Below are positions 1-9,399 of a DNA stretch of 19,015 bases, piece by piece. The position numbers were made by a program, and so were the translations under genes. Under the pieces are notes generated by a model, which ran no database searches, was not told the origin of the DNA, and saw only the letters and a program-made list of their open reading frames with translations. Location of the stretch: contig JAAOMT010000496.1 of assembly GCA_016748015.1 (NCBI GenBank), positions 136,108 to 155,122 on the forward strand, read 5' to 3'. The stretch's first letter is position 1, and every line of letters starts with the position of its first letter. This stretch comes from Geosiphon pyriformis uo1. Its lineage: Eukaryota > Fungi > Glomeromycota.

Positions 1-50
1 CCTCATATTTTCGTTTATATCATGTATTTTATCTCGCGATTCGTCATTAC

Positions 51-571
51 CAGTTGTAGATGTGGATGGACCCTGGATCACTTTAATCTGTGTAATACAA
101 AAAGGTGAGAAGACATCTTTGTGGGCTAATAACATTTATGCCTTCATACTGACTTTTTTTATGCCTTCGGTATCAATTTGGTCTTTTGCACGTTTTCTCG
201 GATTAGTCTACAAAATAATAATCGGATAAGCCCATGGTTGCCAAAAAAAAGTTATAAAGAATTCAGATAGCGTGCAGATGAAACTGTATACTTACACCAT
301 CCTTTCCCAAATCAAGGGGCTGCCTAAAAGATGACATAGAGTCAATGCTATTAAGAATTTCCGTGCGAACCTTTGCCATCGATTTTGCACGATCCGAATA
401 AGTAGAGATAGTAGCTTCTCTCTGCATGTTGTATAACAGGATGAATGAGTTCTTGTTGAAAAGATTAGCAACAGAAGAAATCTTTAAGCTCACCTTAATT
501 TTGTCAACAGCTAACCAAGTTTTTACATCTTTGACGAATTTCTCGTAGTCAAAAATGCAATAATTAGTTAT
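51..571 (-). CDS. Internal exons of a spliced host gene of unknown function (partial)
   Basis: Exon 296-571 is 92 open codons (ITNYCIFDYEKFVKDVKTWLAVDKIKVSLK...GKDG) between a TAG acceptor (572-573) and a GTAAGT donor (295). Intron 208-295, exon 150-207 (TNPRKRAKDQIDTEGIKKV), GTATGA donor at 149, a short exon ending at 51 (IQGPSTSTT) and a GTAATG donor at 50. The acceptor of the last exon is uncertain. CpGs are retained, unlike in the TEs. Confidence 0.6.
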
Positions 572-608
572 CTAGCAGAAATGAGCACAAAAATATTTTC
601 TATTGTAT

Positions 609-1000
609 TTTGAAGAAAATTGGCAGTGACAAGCAGTCATCACCGGGCGACAAGCAGTTTCCCAGCTAGCTACCAAAAGGATATCGACAAGCAGTCATCA
701 CCGGGCGACAAGCAGTTTCCCAGCTAGATATCGGTTTCTTCAGTCACTATTAGTGGCTGATTTGAAGAAAATTGGCAGCGACAAGCAGTCATCACCGGGC
801 GACAAGCAGTTTCCCAGCTAGCTACCAAAAGGATATCGACAAGCAGTCATCACTGGGCGACAAGCAGTTTCCCAGCTAGATATCGGTTTCTTCAGTCACT
901 ATTAGTGGCTGTTTTGAAGAAAATTGGCAGCGACAAGCAGTCATCACCGGGCGACAAGCAGTTTCCCAGCTAGCTACCAAAAGGATATCGACAAGCAGTC
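609..1000. repeat. Nested tandem repeat, 152-bp unit x ~2.6, running into an N-gap
   Basis: TGAAGAAAAT recurs at 611, 763 and 915. Each unit holds two copies (58 bp apart) of GACAAGCAGTCATCACCGGGCGACAAGCAGTTTCCCAGCTAG and an inverted repeat CAGTCACTA-T-TAGTGGCTG. Confidence 0.9.
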
Positions 1001-1020
1001 NNNNNNNNNNNNNNNNNNNN

Positions 1021-1553
1021 CATACTGAAAAAATTATAAACGTTTTCATCAAAGGCTCCACCAAGAACATACATTTTTCCATCACTCAATAAAGTGGCAG
1101 TATGTCTTATTATTGGTGCTGGAGAATTATTTTTTGTAAAATTCGTATATTTATTCAATATAGAATCATAAATCACTAATTTGTTTAGTAAAATTGTACT
1201 ATTTTTTCCACCAAAAAATAAATTTTTGACTCATTAAAACTAGTTACTGCTGAGTGTTCAAATCTGCATGTTAGTAAAAAATTTGGGATCCCCCAAGTTT
1301 CAGATGTTGGGTCAAATTTACGCATTGAATTCGGAGGTGGTGGATGTTGAGATGTACGACCACTGAAAATAAACATTTTTTTAAATTTGGCACCACCCAT
1401 GGTTGCTGAATGTAATTCACTCTGGTTATATTCAAATTCTCCCAGGATAGTGAATCTACTGAAAAAGGTATTGACATATCAAGTGCTCAGAGTTCCGTTG
1501 TTGCGTACTCTAATCTGGTTCCATTGGCTGTAATTTTTCTTCCTCCATACATA
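1021..1553 (-). pseudogene. Kelch/galactose-oxidase-like beta-propeller pseudogene, interrupted at its 5' side by the Tc1 element
   Basis: Kelch motifs across frames: YMYGG...EL*ALDMSIPFSVDSLSW, HSATMGG..KMFIFSG..FDPTSETW, FEHSAVT...KIYF, IRHTATLLSDGKMYVLGG. There is a TGG>TGA stop and frameshifts. Confidence 0.8.
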
Positions 1554-1555
1554 TA

Positions 1556-1584
1556 CAGTACTCCCAAAAAGTAATGGCGGGGTA
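1556..1584 (+). repeat. Left TIR of Tc1 element
   Basis: CAGTACTCCCAAAAAGTAATGGCGGGGTA, preceded by TA. Confidence 0.92.
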
Positions 1585-1733
1585 ACTCTTGTGGCGCATA
1601 ATTCTTATTATGGTCTGATCAGCTATTGTTAAGACATTTTAAGTAATAATTTGTACATGCATACATTCTATGCTACTATTTTTATTTTTTAAAACAAAAT
1701 TGTTTTGATCAATAACGCGTTTTATTTCTTGTA

Positions 1734-2732
1734 ATGAAATATAATCCTGTAAAATTCAATCGTGAAGTCATTAAGAGATTTTGGCAACAAGATTATCGAA
1801 GTCCAACCGAAATATCTCGAAAAACTAATGTTCCTCTTTGCTCTTGTGAACAATATATAGAACAACTTCGTAAAAATGGTCAAATTCGAGCAATTCATCA
1901 TTCAGGTTGTCCACAAAAAACTTTACCAAAAATGTGTCACCAGATTGGAAAAATTGTAAATCGAAATCACTTTACTACAGCAATTGAAATCAAGGCACAA
2001 CTTGCAAAAACATATCCTGAGATTGAAATAAGTGAACTTTCTAGGCTTGGTTATACAGATGTTTTACCAAGACGTGTACCTCTACTCACCGAACAAGCCA
2101 AACAAAACCGATTAGTATGGGCTCAAGAACATTCTAATTATAATTGGCGCAAAGTAGTATTTTCAGATGAAACAACTTTACAAATGTTTCGAAATACTTG
2201 CTTGGCTTGGTCTCATTCGGGTAAACCTATTGCACCAATGGTAAAACATCCATTTAAACTTCATATGTGGAGAGCAATTTGTGCATATGGAAAAGTTGGA
2301 ATGTGCATCTTTACAGAAAATATGGACTGACATCTTTATTGTAAAATTCTCAATAAGAATTTATATTACAATGCAACTAGCATATATGGATGACAACGTT
2401 GAATTTTCCAGCATAATAACAATCCAAAGCATACTTCAAAAGATGTTCGCGCAGATCTTGAGATGCGACTGCCAAATTGCGTTTTGTCTTGGCCATCATA
2501 TAGTCTAGATCTCAATCCAATTGAGAATATTTGGGCTATTCTTAAACGAAATGTTGAGAAAAAAGTCAAAGCAATAATAGCACACAAAAAAAATATCTCT
2601 CAAGCGATTTTTATTACAATAGTAGAAAAATGGAATAATCTGTCTAATGAGGCCATTCTTAACTGTATTACTAGTATGCAAAATCGAATTCAAGATTTTA
2701 TTAGTGTAAAAGGAGGACATACTAAATATTAA
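1734..2732 (+). pseudogene. Tc1-type DDE transposase with 3 in-frame stops
   Basis: N-terminal HTH, SGCPQK (SGRP.K linker), WRKVVFSDE, FQHNNNPKHTS (second catalytic D read as N) and WPSYSLDLNPIENIW. ORFs 1734-2330 and 2463-2732 are in the same frame, separated by TGA stops. Confidence 0.93.
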
Positions 2733-2819
2733 TTTTTTGCATATATATTCTTTACTTATATATTTATTAAATATTAAAATTTAAACAGAAATTATTATGT
2801 ATAATAAAAATAATAAAAA

Positions 2820-2848
2820 TACCCTGCCATTACATTTCGGGAGGACTG
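2820..2848 (-). repeat. Right TIR of Tc1 element
   Basis: Reverse complement is CAGTCCTCCCGAAATGTAATGGCAGGGTA; followed by TA. Confidence 0.92.
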
Positions 2849-3027
2849 TACATAATACAGAAATGTTAGGCAAATTTCTTTTTCTTGATCATTCAATTCC
2901 AATTGTTGCACTTATTAGTATTTTATTTTTCAAATTGATTGTTCTAAAATACTCNNNNNNNNNNNNNNNNNNNNAAAAAAAAAAAATTCAACAATCTTTT
3001 GGTAATCGACACAAGGGTCACACAGTA

Positions 3028-3186
3028 CAGTACCCCCGAAAAGTAATGGCGGGGTAACTCTTGCGGCGCGTAATTCTTATTATGGTCCGATCAGCTATTG
3101 TTAAGACATTTTAAGTAATAATTTGTACGCGCATACATTCCATGCTACTATTTTTATTTTTTAAAACAAAATTGTTTTGATCAATA
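3028..3186 (+). mobile_element. Truncated second copy (left 159 bp) of the same Tc1 element
   Basis: 151/159 identical to 1556-1714, preceded by TA (3026-3027). Homology stops at TA 3185-3186, followed by a new CAGTCAGGGAG. Confidence 0.92.
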
Positions 3187-3428
3187 CAGTCAGGGAGATT
3201 TTAAATTTCGTAGATCAATTCTGGAATAATCCACAAAAAATTCTTGTAATCTAATTGGTGTTTAGCATTATTAGCATAGTGAATTTGATAATACTTTATT
3301 GATCAAATACTTCAAATAAAAATCGAAACAAGGATCCACACAACTTTACATAGTAGTTTTTTATTAAATTGGATTTAAAATTACATTTTGCTTTATAATA
3401 AATGCCAAAGACTTACCCTGTTTGTTTG

Positions 3429-3447
3429 AGATGTGTATAAGAGACAG
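3429..3447 (+). other. Tn5 mosaic end / Nextera adapter (library artefact)
   Basis: Exact 19-mer AGATGTGTATAAGAGACAG. Confidence 0.97.
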
Positions 3448-6400
3448 TTGCAATCCATCGTATTGATACCAGCCAGAATTTTTAGTATTTTCAAAATGAA
3501 CATTGGCAATATGATAGATGCCATTACAAAAAGAAACTCCCATGAGGTAATATCTATATTAAAAAATTAATAAATAAATACAGTAAGTGATAAACTTAAT
3601 TCAAATTTATCTTTGTTTTGTAATTTAATTTCCTTAGGAAAATTGATTTTTTTTGATAAATCTTTGTTCTAAAAAGACATTTTTTCATTAATAGTGCTAA
3701 TTCTCATAATATTGATGACAAGAATCAAAGGCAGTCACTGGTCGATTTGTTTTTTTGATATAGTATTACCTGTACATCAGTAAAAATACCTAAGAAAAAG
3801 TTAGAATACAAAGCAAAAAAAAGGAAAAATTATAAATACTTTACTTAGGCTTTTCAGTTTTTAATTATAAGCATTTGTAGAAACGTTTTTTGGAGTCTTT
3901 TTATTTATCTATTTGAATTCTAATCTGCATGTAACAACAAAAAAATTTTGTCAGTGTTTAAGGCAAGATTCAAAATAATCATTTTCTGATAATACCAAAA
4001 CCTGTGTTTTCCACAAATTATGTGTATTAATATAAATATATCAACTGTAGCAAAATAAAAAAATAAGTAAAAATGTTCCATAAAATAAAAGATATATAAT
4101 GAACTTACATTAGTATAATATCAAAACAATTCACTGAGAATAAGACTTTTTTTGAACAGTTGTCAGAGCTGTATATGGTTGTTATTATATTTTTGACAAC
4201 AAGATTCTGGTCCAAGGAGTCATGAAAAAACTGTTAAAAAAATTGTTCCAAAAGCCCTCTGAATAAATCCAACTGTTCTTTTTTTATTAAATTTGCATAT
4301 GACAGTAAATTCACAATCCAAAAAATCTTGGCTTCAATTCATCATTTCTGTTTCATAAGCTCAAAAACACGAAAAAGACAATTTGTTTGTGAAGTTGGTT
4401 CAATTTTAGTAAAAAAAATAGCTTGTTTATAAATATTTTGGTTGTCAAAAGCACTTTAAATTAAGGTTAGACTTGTATCTACTGAACACATGGAAATCAA
4501 GTACAACCCTTCTTGATTTTCATTATATGACATTGTATAAACAAACAAATTGCCATAAGAGTCTTTGTTTACTGGAGCTGATTGCATAGAAACAACTTGC
4601 TTCTTTAATTATTAAGTTATAAATTTATTATTGAAAAAAAAGATCATAAAAAAAGCAGTCATATTACTTTCGATTTTTTTTAATGACTTATCAGCATATC
4701 TAATAATATCAGCTAATTGAAGAGTGTGTTGCTCAGTATTACCATTTTTAAAGATAATATCTACAATTATTTTGCCATCATCAATAATCTTAGTGATCTG
4801 TGCTTTGTAATAAAATCCATTTAAAACTGTATTCTAAAACTAAATGGATTCTTGTAGTATTAATCAAGTTTTCCTTTTATTCTTAGGACTTCTTTTTTGG
4901 GATAATCTAAACTCATTTTCAGTACAGCCATTAGCATTTTTTTGATGAAGATAAGACTTGAGAGAACTGGTTGTAGATAATTCAGCAGTATACCTACTTA
5001 AAAAAAACAGATTATTATATAAACTGTATAAAATAAAATAAAATAAATATTATCTTTACAATTTATATCTGTAAGAGAAAATGATATATCAATATTAGTA
5101 TTAAATGAAATTAAACAAATTAATGAGATATTTACTTTTGAAATGTAGATTCACTAAGAGTAAAAGTAAACCATTAGTATATATATAAAATTAAACCAAA
5201 TTAATAAAAATTTTATCTTTCTATCTTAGATTCTTTAATAAATAGACAAACAGCTACAATATCTTTACAATCATGACCTTGAATAACATTAAAACTGTAT
5301 AGACAAGCAAACTTTCCACTTCTACATGTAACATATAATAATTTTATTTATTGTTTAATGAAATCTTTGTTAATTGCTTCAGGAATCTCTGATTCTAAAT
5401 TCTTAAAGTTTTCTTTATTGGAATCATCTCTTAACTTACTATTAGTATGTTGAAAAGTAATATTTATGCTAGCAAACTGGATAATACTCCAGGTACATTG
5501 ATCGATTTTTAAAAGTAATATAAATTATGAATTGTTTTTAAGAGAAAAGATTGTACATAATGATTATTTACCTTTATACCAAATTTTTTTATATAACAGT
5601 TCTTCTTGTTGATTTATTTAATAAAAAACTTAATATAGTTTTTACAAAATATTTTCTTGTGTTTTACCTTTCTATTTTTCTGATATCAATACATATGAAT
5701 GTAGTAATTTTTTCAAGATTTGAATATAGAAATTTGGTATATCTTCTCTGATAATGTAGTATCATATTTTTTTTTAAAATAACTCTCTAATAACATATTT
5801 GTTTTCATAAGATAATCAATATATTTATAATCTGGCCAAATATCTAGAGTATTAGGGTATTAATATAAAATATAAGTTATAAAATCAAATTATTTTTCAC
5901 TAACTGATACATTGGCTGAACCAATATAATTAAAAATAGGTCATATAACTTTTNNNNNNNNNNNNNNNNNNNNNNNNNNNNNNNNNNNNNNNNNNNNNNN
6001 NNNNNNNNNNNNNNNNNNNNNNNNNNNNNNNNNNNNNNNNNNNNNNNNNNNNNNNNNNNNNNNNNNNNNNNNNNNNNNNNNNNNNNNNNNNNNNNNNNNN
6101 NNNNNNNNNNNNNNNNNNNNNNNNNNNNNNNNNNNNNNNNNNNNNNNNNNNNNNNNNNNNNNNNNNNNNNNNNNNNNNNNNNNNNNNNNNNNNNNNNNNN
6201 NNNNNNNNNNNNNNNNNNNNNNNNNNNNNNTGATTAAATATTGCTTTTATAACTATATTTAATAAACTTTTAATAAAAAAAATTATTGTACAATTTATAA
6301 ATTGAAAATTTCAATCAAACAAAAACTATTATACAACTTACTTGCTCAAATATTAAATTAATAACTGGTATTGTTTCTTTATCACTAATAAATATTGCTA

Positions 6401-6735
6401 AAACTTGACTATGTAGTTTATTTGATCTAATCATAAAGACAGTATTGGAGAAGTTTAAGCTGTTGCTATGGCTAATAGAATCTAGAGACAAAAAATCTGA
6501 ATATTTGTATAATAACTTTGACATAATTGTAAATACAACACCAAGAATTACAGCTTGATTCTTAGAATTCTGAACATCCTTAATTCCATATTGTTTTGAT
6601 ATAACAATACTTTTAGTCTCATAAGTATTCATAAAAAAATAAACCTGTTAATAAAGTGAATTAATATGATAATATATAAAAAAGTAAATGTAACCAAATT
6701 TTTACTTTTCAAATTCTAATACACTTGGATAATAT
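3448..6735 (-). mobile_element. Decayed intron-containing Mutator-like (MULE) transposase gene with SWIM, Tudor-like and USP-like cysteine protease regions
   Basis: LLYKYSDFLSLDS...FMIRS...VLAIFISDKET (first-D region, ~6370-6520); TNMLLESYFK (E region, ~5775-5805); ACLYSFNVIQGHDCKDIVAV (SWIM-like, ~5250-5310); GFYYKAQITKIIDDGKIIVDIIFKNGNTE (Tudor-like, ~4730-4820); SMCSVDTSLTL (~4460-4495); and LPLILVINI..INFPKEIKL..YYLMGVSFCNGIYHIANV..GWYQYDG (~3455-3740). Many stops; spans the 5954-6230 gap. Confidence 0.65.
5954..6230. other. Assembly gap (others at 1001-1020, 2955-2974, 17397-17416)
   Basis: N runs. Confidence 1.
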
Positions 6736-7353
6736 TGTTATGGATTGGAGTAACAAGCTAATGGATAGCAAAGAAAAACAGTATTGTATGGTAATAAAAA
6801 TAAACAAAGAAGAAATTACAATAAGAGAGCAAATTAAATAAGTAAGAATTCAATGTGCATAATCAGTCTCATAAAAATCACAGTTGCTAATCTTTTCTTA
6901 AATCTGAAGGTAGAGGAATAGTCCGTAATTGTCAACAAGATAACACTGCTGCTATTATTCTATGCCTCAACTTGGCGATTCTTAGAATCAATAACAGGTA
7001 TCGTTGTGCTTTTAAATCGTTTCTTTATTCAATGAATTACAAGAGCAAGCCAATTGCTTCTCAGGCTAATTCTAACAAATACAAATTAAGAAGGGGAAAA
7101 GATAAGGTATGTAAATGCCAACAAGTAGATACTTGAAGGTAAGGAAAAGAAAATAAGCGATATGAGAGGAAGTAATTGATATTGTTTTATTTTGTTACTT
7201 TAATCATGTCTTTCTACAGCTAAAGAAATTATCACTTATATAGCTATCTAAAGTAATCAACGATTACTATCTAAAAATAGGGTGGCTAATTATATGACAT
7301 CAATGGCTAGTACATGTGATAACTAATAAAAACTATGGGTTTCAACCATAACA
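6736..7353 (-). repeat. 3' LTR (618 bp)
   Basis: TGTTA...TAACA termini; direct homology to 13686-14364; adjacent PPT. Confidence 0.92.
7236..7242 (-). promoter_or_regulatory. Putative LTR TATA box
   Basis: TATATAA about 110 bp inside the U3 end; the matching site in the other LTR reads TATAGAA. Confidence 0.45.
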
Positions 7354-8075
7354 TCATCCTCTTCAAAGAGATTGAGTTCTGATGAAATCAAGTTATTTAT
7401 GGGATAGTCTATGTGAAGGGTTTTGTCTAACTCAAAACTAACTAGTTTGTTGAAGTTTTTTGTGGATAAGGTATATAATACTTGAGGTGAAATAAGTTTT
7501 GTATCCAAGAGACCAAATCTTTGTATAAGAGTTCTGGCTCTTTTAACAATGGTCAAAACTCTTGGGACATCTAATCGTATAATGCCCAAAATTTCCACTT
7601 GTATTTCTGAAGTTGTTTTCTTCATGAGCTTTATGTCTTCTATGATTTCACCAAGATGACCATAGAGTTCTAGTTGTCTTCCATATGACAAGTTTTTGTT
7701 TATGGGCAAGATTTCTTGTATCATTTTTCCAATTGTGCTAAAAGGTGAAAGTATTGCTGCTGTTATGCTTTCTAACAGGTATTTATCCATTTTGCCACCA
7801 ATTCTTTCCTTTCTGGTAGTTGTTTTCTTTGGTCTGATAACAGTGTAAGTTCCACTGTTGTCTGTTATAGTGGTTTGTTTTCCAATAGTCAAAGTAGCAT
7901 TTGGATAGTTCTTGATCCAGTATTCATGGAGAGTATAGAAAGCGTTTTGAATGTTTTGATCCAGGAAATAATTGTTTATGTCAATTGAAGATACTTCTGT
8001 TTTGGAAATGGTGCATTTATTTATATCTGATTTTTGCTGATCATTTGGGTTGGTATTACCACAACAGGTAACCAA
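7323..8075 (-). CDS. Retrotransposon 3' extra ORF (ORF3, env position), unknown function
   Basis: 250 open codons, sense to pol, between IN and the 3' LTR, ending 31 bp inside the LTR. No obvious signal peptide or TM helix. The first AUG is only at about codon 96, so the true start is uncertain. Confidence 0.75.
   Translation of the reverse strand: MVTCCGNTNPNDQQKSDINKCTISKTEVSSIDINNYFLDQNIQNAFYTLHEYWIKNYPNATLTIGKQTTITDNSGTYTVIRPKKTTTRKERIGGKMDKYLLESITAAILSPFSTIGKMIQEILPINKNLSYGRQLELYGHLGEIIEDIKLMKKTTSEIQVEILGIIRLDVPRVLTIVKRARTLIQRFGLLDTKLISPQVLYTLSTKNFNKLVSFELDKTLHIDYPINNLISSELNLFEEDDVMVETHSFY
7354..7364 (-). other. Polypurine tract
   Basis: GAAGAGGATGA abutting the TG of the 3' LTR. Confidence 0.8.
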
Positions 8076-9334
8076 TCAGGTCGTTTGTGATATTTCTTGA
8101 GTCATGTGCCATGAACAGAGCGATCACTAAATATTGTTTCATATTGATTTTATAGGATATATGAACTATTGTTCAAAACTTTGTTGACTATAAAAAGTTC
8201 TTTCCAGTGGCTGGAGAATTTATTACCATAAACATTGTCTCTGTCTAAACAGTATTCCAAAACTAAGTCACCAACACTTAAGAAAAGTGTTTTATAGGTT
8301 TTTTTCTTTTTGAGCTTCTCTTGGAACTGTTTTATCTTTTCAAAGGCAATTATCTGTGCTTCTACCAATAAGTCAACAATAGTACCAAGTCTTCTTTGCA
8401 AAATGTCCTTGTAATCTCCTATTGTTATTTCTTCAAAAAATATTGTTTCTATATCTGTTTCTATTGGTAGAGTTGCCATTTGTCCATAGAGCAGATAAAA
8501 GGGTTTATAACTTGTTATGTCATGATTCACAATTCTGTAGGTGAACAAAGCTGAAGGCAATATTTTGTCTTATAGATTGGTTTTTTCACTGGTTTTGGCT
8601 AGGGTTTCACATAGTGTTCTATTGAAACATTCCATTAGACTATTTGTTTGGGGGTGATAAGAGGAAGAGAGTTTATGATGTATTCCCATTTTTCTGCAAA
8701 GTTCTTCAACCAGTATACTAAGAAAAGCTCTTCCTCTATCAGATAAAAGTTTTTTGGGGCAGCCGTGGCAACAGATAATATCTTCATAAATGAAATTGGC
8801 AATTGAGACTGCTGTTTGATCTGGAGTGGCTTTTGCTTCTACCCACTTTGTAAGATAGTTGGTAGCTGTGATAATGTATCTGTTGCCATCAAGAGTTACT
8901 GTTAAAGATCCAACAACATCTATACCAATTCTGTCAAATGGTTGACCAACAGAGATCGGATGAATATTTTTCTTATAATTGGGTTTTTTTCTTTTTTGGC
9001 AGATATTACAGGTTTTGATGTATTCAGCAATGTCTTTTCCCAAGGTAGGCCAATAATAGCAAGCTAAAGTTTTCTGAATTGTTTTTGTTTTTCCAAAGTG
9101 TCCAGCTAATAGATCAGTGTGCATATTGTATATTACAATTTCTCTTTCTTCAAATCTGATGATTCTCTGGGGGCAGTCAGGATTTTTTTTATTTCTTTTA
9201 TATAACTGGTTCTGGCGAATTAAATAGAAATTTGATTGTTTGTGCAAATGTTTTCTTTGCTGTCGAGTATAGTCTGACAGGTATTGTCCTTTACCCAAAA
9301 ATTCCATTAAGGCAGAGTAGTTGTCCAAGTCCAT
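8021..9334 (-). pseudogene. Retroviral-type integrase, encoded as a separate ORF with 3 internal stops
   Basis: HHCC (HTDLLAGHFG...CNIC), DDE core (GIDVVG, LSDRG, LMECFNRTL) and decayed GPY/F module (KFSSHWKELFIV...VHGT*LKKY). All in one frame from ATG 9334 to TAA 8021-8023, with internal stops at ~8570, ~8150 and ~8102. Confidence 0.93.
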
Positions 9335-9399
9335 TATCGTGTTTGTTTGTGGAGGAGTTACAAATAATTAAGTTGGTTTGGTTTGAGAGGGTTTTACTA

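Larger units (their letters stand above)
1556..2848 (+). mobile_element. Full-length, inactive Tc1/mariner (IS630-Tc1) DNA transposon
   Basis: 29-bp TIRs (25/29 match) starting CAGT, TA on both sides (1554-1555, 2849-2850), and an internal transposase. Confidence 0.95.

Noticed and set aside
609-1000. CRISPR-like repeat-spacer appearance
   Set aside because: The intervening sequences repeat identically, there are no cas genes and the context is eukaryotic.
2797-3057. 86-aa ORF, and continuation of the kelch gene right of the Tc1 element
   Set aside because: The ORF spans a TIR and an N-gap, and no convincing kelch motif resumes after 2850.
5551-5751. Hydrophobic 66-aa ORF
   Set aside because: AT-rich antisense of the decayed MULE gene.
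7323-8075. env gene or chromodomain call for ORF3
   Set aside because: No hydrophobic TM or signal segment, cleavage site or chromodomain aromatic motif is visible.
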